Of a stretch of 64,000 nt of DNA, positions 38,586-50,185 are shown piece by piece. Both the position numbers and the translations under genes were made by a program. Positions within the stretch are counted from its first letter, which is position 1. Every line of letters starts with the position of its first letter. The stretch spans positions 61,506,001-61,570,000 of the forward strand of contig NW_024704742.1 of assembly GCF_018977255.1 (NCBI RefSeq), read 5' to 3'. The DNA comes from Callorhinchus milii. Lineage: Eukaryota. The notes under the pieces are model-generated. The model saw only the letters and a list, made by a program, of their open reading frames with translations, was not told the origin of the DNA and ran no database searches.

Positions 38586-39848
38586 CTTTTCGAAAAGAAA
38601 AGGGAGGTTCTCTCTCCTGGCCAACAATCCTCCAAAATAAAAAAATTGGTCACTCACTCCATTGCTGTTTGTGGGACATTGCTCTGCGCGATTGGCTGCT
38701 GCATTTTGCCCACAAAATGTACAATCCTTATAGAGGTGTATACAATTTTTATGGGATTGAAAAATTAAACCCAGAAAAGCAGTGTTTATACTCCACACGA
38801 GTAATTGTCAATCGCGCGCTTTTTTTTATTTTGGGGGATTGTTGGCCAGGAGAGAGAAACTCCCTTCTCGTTTCAAATAGTGCTATGGGATCTTTAACAT
38901 CCACCTGAACAGGCAGATGGTACCTCGGTTCTCCCACAAAATATAGTCAGTTCACTTTACATTATATTCTGTGAAGCTCTTTGAGATGTCTCGAAGGCAT
39001 GATAAGGCGCTATATCAAATCCAAGGATTATTATTATTATTAATCCTGAATAGAATATGAATAGAACGTGGAGGGATACATCCCGGTTTACCTAATTCTG
39101 GAGAGTACGAGGTACTGGTCGGTGAGAGCCAAGGCTTCGGCCCTTCTTAAGGTCTAACGCCAACTCAATTTTGCTTTTTACAAAACCAAGTAGCACATAT
39201 TGCTGACTATAGGACAGTACATAAGTGCTTGTTAAACATTTATGACAGTGCTGATTTGTTTTTACTCAGTAGGTTGTTGGGATGTAGAAAGCTTCACTGC
39301 AAATGTTTGTTAATATCAAGTCCATAAATGCACTTGAAAAAGAATTAGACAAACACTTTAAGAATAATATGATGGGGAAAGTGTAGAGGAATGTGTTTAG
39401 ATTAGTAGCTCCGGTGAGGATATAAACACCAGTATCTCGCTATGAACATAAGCAAAGCGTAAATCAGATTTCTAACATCTAAGTTTCAAATTCTTATACA
39501 GCAGCATGAGTAGCTTTAATCAATACTAAAATAAAAATTGTTGATATAACACCTTTTATGTTGGGAGGACATCTCAAAGTGCTTCACTGGATTTTACTGT
39601 AAAGTGTAGTGTTTATTCTGTAGGTGAACTTGGCAGCTAATTTGTGCATGTCAATGTCTAACAAACAGCCATGAAATGAGTGACCAATTTTATCTGGGGG
39701 ATTGTTTGGCAGGACCCTGGGAGAAATTCGCTTCTCTTTTCAAATCATGCTATGGGATCATTAGCTTCCACCTGAACAGGCAGACAAATACCAATTCAAT
39801 GGGTAGTGACGTTGCTGTGGCCTAAGTGGATAATAATCCTATGAATAC

Positions 39849-40200
39849 GGAGTTGTGTAGCTCAGTGGTTAGAGCACTCGCCTAGGTTCGATTCCCGGCA
39901 GGGCAAAACATTTGGCAAGTTTACTTATTCCACACGCCCCTGTTTACCTAGCAGTAAGTAGGAACCCGGTTGTTAGTTGATTAGTGCATTGCTGTTCCGG
40001 GGTAATAATTCCTTCAAAATAAATAACAAATTGGTATCTCAATCCATGACAGTTTGTGGGACACTGCTGTGCGCAATTGGCTGCTGCATTTCACCCACAA
40101 AATATACAGTTAATTCACTTTACAGTATATTCTGTGAAGCGCTTTGCGATGTCTCAAAGACGTGATAAGGGCTATATTAATTGCAAGAATTATTAATAAT
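39849..40200 (+). mobile_element. tRNA SINE, long form (anticodon arm deleted)
   Basis: GGAGTTGTGTAGCTCAGTGGTTAGAGCACTCGCC|TAGGTTCGATTCCCGG: intact A and B boxes. Confidence 0.88.
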
Positions 40201-40319
40201 GTTAATAATAATGAGTGTGTTTTACCTACAGAAATACAGTCACTACACTTTACAGGGAATCCTCTGAAAATGAAATGTGCTTTATCAAATACAACGATTT
40301 TTTATTAATTGATTAGAGA

Positions 40320-40650
40320 CATTTCTCTGACCTCCTCACGCCCCAATCCACCAACCAGCGCCACTGCTCGACTAGCACCGGTCTCCTGCTCGTCCCTCGC
40401 ACCCTCCGCCCCACCATCGGAGGTCGAACTTTCAATCACTACGCCCCAAAACTCTGGAACACTCTCCCTCAATCCCACCGCCTTGCCCCCTCTCTCCCCT
40501 CTTTTAAGTCCCGCCTGGAATCTTTCCTCTTCGACCGTGCTTATGGCCACCTCCCCTCTCCCGCCGGCTCGGAGTCAGGCTCTGCCACTGTTAAAAGCTC
40601 TGAGACTCTACCCTGAATTAAGGGTCCTTTATAAGTGAAAGTTGTTGTTG
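40320..40650 (+). mobile_element. L2 3' end, different subfamily
   Basis: Degraded L2 C-terminus and (TTG)n tail with a distinct tail hairpin. Confidence 0.75.
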
Positions 40651-43387
40651 TATTTGCTGCTGCTTATGTTGGACAGAGATCCACTGTCATCTCAAGTTTG
40701 ATGGACTTTGACAAAACATCTCTTCATTCAAGTGTTTGATTTCTCATCAAAGCAAACCTGGACTAGTAATTCATGGGTCAAGAACAAAGATATCAGGTCT
40801 GAAATTCCATCAAGATTTACTATTTTGCTTTGGTCAGCTGGGTATCTGACATGTATGGAAATCCATCACCAAGCTTAACAACAGCACCAAGAGCAACATG
40901 TATTTACACAGTGCCCTTCATGCAGAGCAGTGTCTCAAAGCGGAGGTTGACGCTGAGCCAGAGAGCGAGGGGAGATAACTATAAGCACTCTTGAAGAGGC
41001 AATAATGCTTAAGAGCATCCAAACCAAACTGAGAGTTCCACATATGCAAATTATTTACATTGTTAGACAATTTTATCTTAAAATTTAAGATTGTGTTGAA
41101 TTGAGGAAAATTCATAATGCAGCTTGAATTTGGTAGACCGTTCTTTTTTAAGAACTGCAAATAACCGGCTTCCAAATTAAACCTGAATTCATGCATTTTT
41201 CATAATTCTGCATGATCTTCAATTGTAAGATTAAGTCGTCTTCTCGTCTATGGTATTTTGGACCATTGATTCTCGTTGTGTTTCAATGCTTGTTGCTGTG
41301 GGAAGCTGAACTTCTTGTTTATTTAGTGTTCAATGGAAATAATATATGTGAACACCAACAAATCCCCCTTCGAAGAGGATTCAAAGCTTCTGCATGGAAG
41401 TATAATGCATATCCTCTGGTCTTTCAAGTACTATCAGCCCCGTAACAGTATATCAGTTATTCTTGAATGAAGTGTGAAATGAGTGCATAACAAATAAGGA
41501 TATGCAGGACTGGAAAAGAGCACTAAACTCCACCTAACCAATTCCATTTTCAAATACCAACTACCTATATCTCACATGTTCCTCAAATGCCCACATTTGC
41601 CACCTATGTAGAGGCACACAAACTCTTTCACAAGTTAATCTTCTGTGTTTAAGGCAGAGTAAATTTGTATTCTCTCCCTCCTGAATTTGAATCTGTGACG
41701 CCTTATTATTCATTGCTATTACATTTCGGTCCGACTCTGCCTTACAACCCTATGGTATTTTTATGGTGTTTCCTGATCAGTCCAGTAAACTGCACCATTT
41801 TATGCAATGTTTAAGGTTCAGGCACAAAAGGATATCAATCAGTTCAAACACAAACTCTAAACCTAGCTTTTCTCTTGTGACTCAACCTCAGAAAACGTTT
41901 TTTACATTTATTGCTCTTGATCCTTTTAACTATGCAACAAGAAATTTACAACTGAACATTTCAGCAGCAAACAGTCACAGAGGATGTGCAACCAAAGGGA
42001 ATGAAACCTGTGGTTTGACAGAGCAAGAGAGATCAATGCACCATGAACACATAGACGGATTTTCTGCACAGAAGGGAACCATTCAGCTCATTGTATCTAT
42101 GATACTGTTACCTGTTTTAAATAATTAAGTTATGTGTCAGTCTAGCTCAATTCAGGTGGATGTTAAAGGTCCATTAGCACTACTTGAAAAGAGAAAGGAG
42201 CGTCTCCCAGTGCCCAGGCAAACAATCTCTCCCCAGGTAAAAGTGATGATTCACTTCATGGCTGTTTATCCAACGTTTCTGTGTGCAAATGGGCTGCTGT
42301 GTTTGCCTACAAATCTTGTGGAGTGCTTTGAGATGACCACACGACAAAAGGGCTCTGTACCAAATACAAGGATTATTATTAAATCATACTTTTTTATTAA
42401 TTCATCATAAATGCATCATACAAGCTGCCTTAAGAAGCCAGTACGCAAGGCCTGCTATTCCCACTTAAAGTACCCAAGAGAAGTATACGTGAATGAGGAT
42501 CATTCAAATGGAATAACAAATAATTATGTGTGAAACAAAAATTGAAAGAAATAGTGCAACATTTCACAACAGATTTGATGTGATCAAAACCTATCTGCTT
42601 TGAAAGCAGAGAATTTTAGTCGATGCGATATGCTAGTGAACTGGACAGGTGTGCACAACCCGCTCAACCTTTGCACAGTCATTTGCTCTGTAGGAGTTTT
42701 TGAAATGTGTTCTGCTGCTTTTTTTTTATTAATAATATTTTTTAAATTTGATACAGCACCTTTCTCGTCGGGAGGATGCCCCAAGTGCTTAACAGAATAT
42801 ACAGTATGACTGTAGGTGTGTATGGGCATTTTAGTAAAGCACCATCAATTTCGGGTGGTCATCTCAAAGAGCTTCACAGGATTTGTTTTGGAAGAACTGT
42901 TAGTAGAATAACAAGAAAAACTTGCACATTTTAGTATCTCAGATGCATCATTTGAATGCTGCTTTACTATATACTGACTGAGTTAAGATGTTATCCTATT
43001 TTTACATAATCAAATACACTTCTTTCCTCAATCAGAGGCAATGAGATCCTCACACTTACAATGGTTGAATCCACTGGATCTGTTGGGAGGTAAGGTGCAA
43101 ATTTCTCCCTGTAACTGTAAAACTGTAAATGTACTTCCTTTTTAGTGCAAAAAAATTATGTGACTTGATTTTGAATGTAATATGACTCAGGGAATAATAT
43201 TGGCATGCAATCTAGGGCAACAACCGCAAATCATAAAGTAAGCTAATGTCAATCTGGAATTACTGTTCTCCATCATCATTTCACGAAGACAAAGTTGATC
43301 GATTAATTTTGGGGGTCAAAATGAAAACGATCCATTAGTTCACGTCTATTTCTTTTTCTAACTGCGATAAACATATATATATCCTTC

Positions 43388-44640
43388 AACAACAAATAGT
43401 ACTTATATAGCGACCTTCATGTATAGTAATGTCTCAGTGAACTTAACGGTGGTGGAGGCCAAGCCAGGGAGGCAGTGGAGGTGACCATAGGCAAAGTCAA
43501 ATAGGAAGGTCTTCAGATGTGATCTGATGTTAGGGAAGAAGGAGGCAAGGTGGAAGGATTGAGGGAGAGAGTTCCAAAGTTTCAGGGCAAAGTAGTTGAA
43601 AGCATGGTCACTGATGGTGAAGCAGAAGGGACGAGGGACAAGCAGGAGACGGGAGCCAGCTGAGCAGAGAAGGCAGGTAGTGGAGTGGGAAATAAGTAGG
43701 TCGGAGAGGTAGGGAGATGCCAGGGCATGAAGGGAATTGTAAACAAGTGTGAGGATTTTGATGTCAATACATTCTGTAATAGGGAGCCTGTGGAGGTAGG
43801 CAAGGACTGGGGTGATGGAGGTATGGAGTTTGATGCGGGTAAACATATGGTCGGCTGAGTTTTGTGTCATTTGTGACTTTGACGAGTGCTGTCTGTGCTG
43901 GGGGCAGGGCAGAAACTGGACTGGATAGGCTTAAGTGGGAGTGCAAGGAGGGAGCAAGGTTTGTCAGCAACAGCATGTTCCAAGACTTTAGAGATGAAAC
44001 GCAAGTTAGAAATGGGTCAGGGCTTTGCAAGGTTAGAGGGATCGAGGGTGGGTTTTTTGAGAATGGGAAGATAACAGCTGATTTGAAGGGGAGTGGAATG
44101 GAGCCTGAAGAGAGGGACTTGTTCACAGTTTCCCTCAACGGGGGAGAAAGGAAGGGGAGTTGGGTGACCAGTAACTGGGTAGAGAGGGGTGGGGGTGTGT
44201 GGAGGCAGCAGGTGGTCGGCTTCATACAATGATGATGTTTGAGAAGAGGCAAGAGCGTAGGGTGGGGCCATTGGTAGAAGGCATCACAGTTGAATGTGGG
44301 TGATGTAGAAGGCCTGGGAACACGGGGGAGGAAGAGGATGTTGTCTATCCTAGAGACAAAGAAGTCCAGGACCTCTTTACACTTGGCATGAAATGTGAGG
44401 ATCGAGGATGCTTGAGGAGGCATGGGAGGAGCTGATGAGCAGTGGAGAACAGCAGTTTAGGATTATTTTTGCCCTCCAGGATGGCCTTGGAGTAGAAAGT
44501 CGATTTGGCCTGTGAAGGGAGAGGTGGTAGGTACATCTGGCAATGAACTATGAGGCTGGTTTTGTGCCATCAACATCTGGAATTGGGATTTAAGAGAGCG
44601 CAGGTGTATGCTTATGCCAGAGTGCAGGTGGATTTAGAAA
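43388..44640 (-). mobile_element. Old L2 with internal deletion of the RT core
   Basis: [33 protein letters not shown] joined directly to QNSA..LPITECIDIKIL..LWNSLP at ~43870. Confidence 0.85.
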
Positions 44641-46504
44641 CAGTCCTGGATTTCAGAGGGCAAGGAAATTGAAATTACACAATACACAATCATTAAACTT
44701 TACAGTAAAAATCTTGTGAAGCAATTTGAGACCAATGTGATAAGATGCTATATCATGGTTGGAATATTATTACTATAACCTACAATAATATAGAATATAT
44801 AATGGGAAAATAGGGCATTCGACCCAACAAGTCAGTGTCAGTGTTTATACTCCACATAAGACTCCACCCTCTTGCTATTCCCCTCCCATACTCCCTGTTC
44901 TCTTCTCCATCCTGCATACATATACCAAAATCTAAAATATCCAGCAAATAATTTAATTTCAACAAATATGGAGAGCGGCCCCGACAGACACACTGTGACC
45001 ACAAATTCAACTTTTAAACTCTTAGCAGTTCAGCCCATATATCATAAGATTACAGCAAGTGGATTAGCTCCCAAGTGTTCTTTACTGTATCCAAATGTAC
45101 ATTGGTACCCAGCCAGTCACCTGACAGACAGCACATCTTTTGCTGGAATTTTCTGCACTGCAATGTTACTCAGTATGCAGTTCATGCAGCGTTTCCTGTG
45201 TACTGCCTTTTTCCATTTCAAACATATTTAGAAGGCAGAGCTTTCATGCACAAGATGAAACAACTTGTTTGCATTACAAGCTTGTGCAATGTGATTTTGT
45301 AAAATTAACTGGCAACAGCATTTGGTTAGTTAGACTTTTAAGCATATGGGTTGTTCAGATTCAGTGGCTATTTTTTTTAAATTTTACGGGTGGTGGGGGG
45401 AGCAAATCATATGTGATGTGATATTTATCACCGTTATATGTAACATTATCTTTTAATAGCTGCTGCTGATAATTTTGCTAGTTGTTTCTAAGATAAACTC
45501 TCGCATTGTGTTCCCTTGTCTGTGGATTCAGATTAGTGGAGGCGAAGATGGAGTTTTTTTAAATTTTTTTTTACAGATTTTCCTGATCTTGTATGGGATA
45601 CGCGAGTAAAGCTGATTAATCTGAATTCAAAATACTTACTTTCAATCTAATCACAAACTGGGGATTAACTGTTGCTTGCAGTTTCTCCAGTTTAATTGAA
45701 GCCTGAGAGAGATCATGTCAGAGCTCAGATATGATCAGCTGTTATCTCAGTTTGACAGCAGCTTCTTTTTGTCTCAGCAGCTACGACTCTTTCAAGCACC
45801 GTCAGTTTTGGATCACAGAGGACCTTTTTGTCTTTCTATCTCCTGCTGTGATGCCAGCTTTTCGTGCAGCCTTCACGTTTTCATGATACATTCACAACTT
45901 GTATAACTTTCCAAGTAACCCATTCACAAGAGATGCCCCTGATTTTACTTATTTGGTCTGTTTGATCTCGTCTTTCTTGAAACACCAACCCTTCCATCTA
46001 ACAATTGTTTTGCTTGGACCTGTTAATGACTTTCGGATTGCATTAAACAGAATTTTGTGGAGGAGCAGTGAAACACCGCTCTCAGAAACAAAGATGGCAG
46101 CACAAGCTAACAAGAACAATAAAATAATATTTACATTTATATAGCATCTTTCACATTGGAAGAATGTCTCAAAGCTCTTGAACTGGGGATGGGGCCAAGG
46201 GGAGTGAGAAGGGAAAGGCAAAGATGAATGAAAACAAAAGGGTGCGCTGCACTGTCAGAGATGTTAAACCAGGTCCTGATTGCTTGTTCCAGTGGAATAA
46301 AGACGCATGGAAATGCCCATTAGTTCTGGGTTGTAGTCTTCAGTAGTAAGACTCTTGTCTCCCAGTGATAAGTCTACTCGGTCAATTCCCAAAGATAAGA
46401 CAGGCAAGCTGATCAATTGTCAATGGTGCACTGGAGTACCATGGATCTGCCTGGCTCTAGTACTAAACTGATAATAAACTTTACATTTGATATAGCACCT
46501 TATC

Positions 46505-47645
46505 ACCGTCGGCCACTCTATCCTCATCCACCACCTCTCCTTTCACCTCAACCTTCACGGTTCTGTCCTTGACTGATTCAGATCATATCTCTTACCCCGC
46601 CTTCACTTCATCTCCACAAACAGCTTCCCCTCTAGCCACCACACCGTCTCGTGTAGCGTTCCTCAGGACTCTGTTCTTGGTCCCTTCCACTTCAATATCT
46701 ATATGTTCCCTCTTGGTGACATCATCCACAGATATGGGGTCAACATGTATGCGGATAACACCCAACTCAACCTCTCTGCCTCCATCCTTGACTCCAGGAC
46801 CACTGCTGTCCTGACAGAATGTCTGTCGGACATCAAGTCCTGGATGAGAGCTAACTTTCTTCAGTCGAACGTCAACAAGACCAAAGTTCTTCTGATTGGT
46901 TCCCGTCAACGCCTCCTGACCTCAGGCACTGACAGCATCACCATCCATGGTTGCACACTCCACCTTACTAAGCCAGTCTGGAACCTTGGTATCTTGTTTG
47001 ACCCTCAACTATCCTTTCTACCCCACATCTGCGCCATGACCCACTCTGCCTTCCCCCACCTCAGCAACATCGCCCGGCTCCGCCAATGTCTCACACCGCA
47101 GGCCGCCAAAATCCTCATACATGTTTTCATTACATCGAGGCTCAACTATGCAAACCCACTGCTTGTCGACCTCCCCAACTTCTCCCGCCATAGGCTGCAG
47201 ATCATCCAGAACTCTGCAGCCCATGTCCTCTCCCACACTAGACTCCCCGACCCTATCACCTCAATCCTCGCCCAACTCCACTGGCTTCCCATCACACAGA
47301 GGATACAGTTCAAGATCCTGATCCTCACCTTCAAAGCCCTCCATGATCTTGCTTCCCCCTACCTCTGATACCCACAGGATGGCGAGGCCATGAATGAAGA
47401 AACATTTAGTCAAGAACTTTTTTTTGGATTGGCCAACACTACTGTCGACTGTGAGCTCCAAGTGAGGAGTTTGTGGGGAGGAGGAATTTGCTTCACGTTC
47501 CCGCCTCACTCACCCCATTATCAGCCACTCTGCCCCCACCCTCTGGAACTCCATCCTGCAGTCCACCTCGCCCTCTCCCTTGCCTCCTTCAAGACCCATC
47601 TCAAGACCCTCCTTTTCGACCGTGCTTTCGATCACCCTGCTTCCT
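46505..47645 (+). mobile_element. L2 RT fragment with foreign filler
   Basis: PLGDIIHRYGVNMYADNTQL..HWLPITQRIQFKIL; non-L2 insert at 47368-47488. Confidence 0.9.
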
Positions 47646-49111
47646 CCCTGTTTCATGTCTGTGTCCATGTTCAACATAAAATCCACATCCATGGCCAAGA
47701 ATAATCATTGTCACTCTGCAATGAGTGCTCTCTGACATACTGATTTTCTGATGAAGGAAGATTTCAGTGTATGTTCCAAATTGGGTACACAATTGTGAAG
47801 GGATCAGCCAAGAATTTTTCTGGCGTCAGTCTTGAGAAGAGACTGAAGTATTTCCACTATTTACTTTTATATCAAAGTGGTGCAAATGCTCTACTGACAT
47901 TGTACATCATGATTCACTTCAAAATATAAACTGTATTTTGAATATCGATTCAGCTATTTTCTCATCAGGGATCTAAGACTTCATATTTGTAAGCTTATGA
48001 CTATTGTCTTCAAATTTTAAGTTGTGTAAAATTTTGGGCTAAATGTCTTATACAGTATCCATTTTTTAATTTTGAGGGTGATTGCCCATAGTAAAAGAAC
48101 AGAAGATTGGCTTTTGATTTATTTTATAAAATTTTGCAGTGTTCATTTTTAAAATAGCAGGCTTAAGTTTAGAAATCTGTGGAAATTTCATACCCTATTA
48201 GGATGAATAGAACATTGAAAAACATCATTAGCTGTGAACTGACAGTGTTATGTACAGTTGTATGTGTTAATAAGCACCCTTTCTACCTCACTGAAAGCTA
48301 TCACAAATCTTTGAAATGGAATCACTGGAATGAAATGATTCCCACAATATTCCAAGGTCATGTTTCATCTTTGGAAAATTAAAGGATTGCTTTCAATGTA
48401 TGTAAATTGTGCTATTGCTTTATTATTTTTATTCTGTACGATAATCAAAGGAATGAAAGAAATACTGTTTGGCAGGTTTTGTTTGTTGTAAAGTTCTTTA
48501 GCTTTATGTTTTAATTGGTCATCTCCAGCTTGTGTAATGAATTATTTACTATCGTAAACCAAGTGAGTGAAATTGCTGAGCGTTACTGGTAGCAACTGCT
48601 CAGAAGCAATGCTTTTTGAGGGTCTATCAGGGCTCTGGGATCATGTAATCATGTATAGATGGTTGCAGCAGAATCAGCCACAATGCAAGTAAACCTAATG
48701 GAATACAGGATGAGTCTGTCACAGCTATGAGCATATTATTATTATATAAAAACAGTATTACGTTCTCTGAAACAAATGTTCACATAAATGTAGGTTTGAA
48801 ATTGGATTTGGAGCAGTAAAAAGAAAGCAGTCATTCTCTGACAGGAAACACCAGAGTTATTCTGTTCACAGAATACAATCCCTTCCATTCTCAAAAAGAT
48901 TTGATTCAATAGATTAACAGTGTGTATATGTGTGTGTTTGTGAGAGGAGAGATCAGGATGGGGGAAAAACTTACGTAGGAATTTTAGAAACACTAACCCT
49001 TCATACCTCTGTCATAGACCATTTTATGACACAGCACTTTCCCAAATTTCACAACACTACCTTCTCGCTATTTGATATGACAGCAACCAAGGTTCTTTGT
49101 TCATTGCTCTT

Positions 49112-49673
49112 TTGGTGGTAGTTAAGTGGGATCTCCTTCGAGCTGAACTGCCTTCAAGGTGATATGCTTGGCATGAAAAGTCTAAATCTGGTCAATTCCT
49201 CTGTGGTCTCAGTATTCGGGAACCTGTAGTCTAATGTGGGCCACTGCTGCTGACAGATCAGCCAGCTAGTCTGGCTCATTGGCAAGACTTGGAAGGTTGC
49301 TGGAAGCAGGGATTTTTCCCACTCAGCTCCTGTTAACCATGTGCACTAAAACTTTGGATAGGATAACTATAGCTGGACAAGCAACGGGAAAGTGCCAGGC
49401 AGCACTATCAATGGCAATGGTAAGCTATGTCATTTTCGCTGGTTAAACTGCAGCAATACTCCAACACACAATCTAGAATTGGCTCTTGCCAACTGTGACT
49501 AGTACCTTAGGAATTAAGTAAGCAGGTTGCATCCTTTTGGAGAGTGCGTATTCCGTTCCACACACAGGAATTTCCATGTGTAGGTGGGATGCATGGAATT
49601 CTCAGTCTGGGTTGGATACTCTTAAGCCTGGTGATGGGTTTCTGCATGTGTCAGACACCCAGCTGACCAAAAA
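49112..49673 (+). mobile_element. Family X retroposon, near full length (reference copy)
   Basis: 5' block TCTCCTTCGAGCTGAACTG..CAAGGTGATATG through the 3' hairpin GTCAG-ACACCCAG-CTGAC (49650-49667) plus CAAAAA. Confidence 0.72.
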
Positions 49674-49814
49674 TGTGTTCAATGCTGACATTTCTTATGT
49701 TACTAGAGGTTAAGCTGCTGAACGATCAAGCAGCGGAGGAGCCTCAGATTTCAGGCAGCTAATTTTCCTCCTCTCTCCTCCCCCCACCTCACCCTCCTGA
49801 TTACTGTCATATAC

Positions 49815-50185
49815 AACAGCAACAACAACAACAACAAGATTTCATTTATAGAACACCTTTCACGTCGGGAGGACGTCCCAAGGCGCTGGACAGTTGGGTC
49901 GGGACCCGAGCAGGGGGGAAATGGTCAGGGTGAGGGAAGGGAGGGAGTGAGGAGGGGGTAGAGAATCGAGAGGGGAGCTGAAGGCACGGTCGAAGAGAAA
50001 GGTCGTGAGACCGGCCTTGAAGGAGGAAAGGGAGGAGGCGGCGAAGGCACTGGGGGATAGAGTTCCAGAGCCTCGGGGCTGAGAGGCTGAAGGCCCGGTC
50101 ACCCATGGTAGGGCGTTTAGGGCAGGGGATGTGGAGCAGACCGGAGCCAGAGGAACCGAGGGTACAGGCAGGTAAGTAAGGGGAT
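49815..50185 (-). mobile_element. Young L2 subfamily A, short 3' fragment
   Basis: Same C-terminal 2-nt deletion as the other A copies; one 3'-UTR repeat unit; CAA tail. Confidence 0.92.

Noticed and set aside
41060..41460. Coding-looking unique stretch
   Set aside because: Stops in the minus-strand frames examined and no recognised domain; BLASTX needed.
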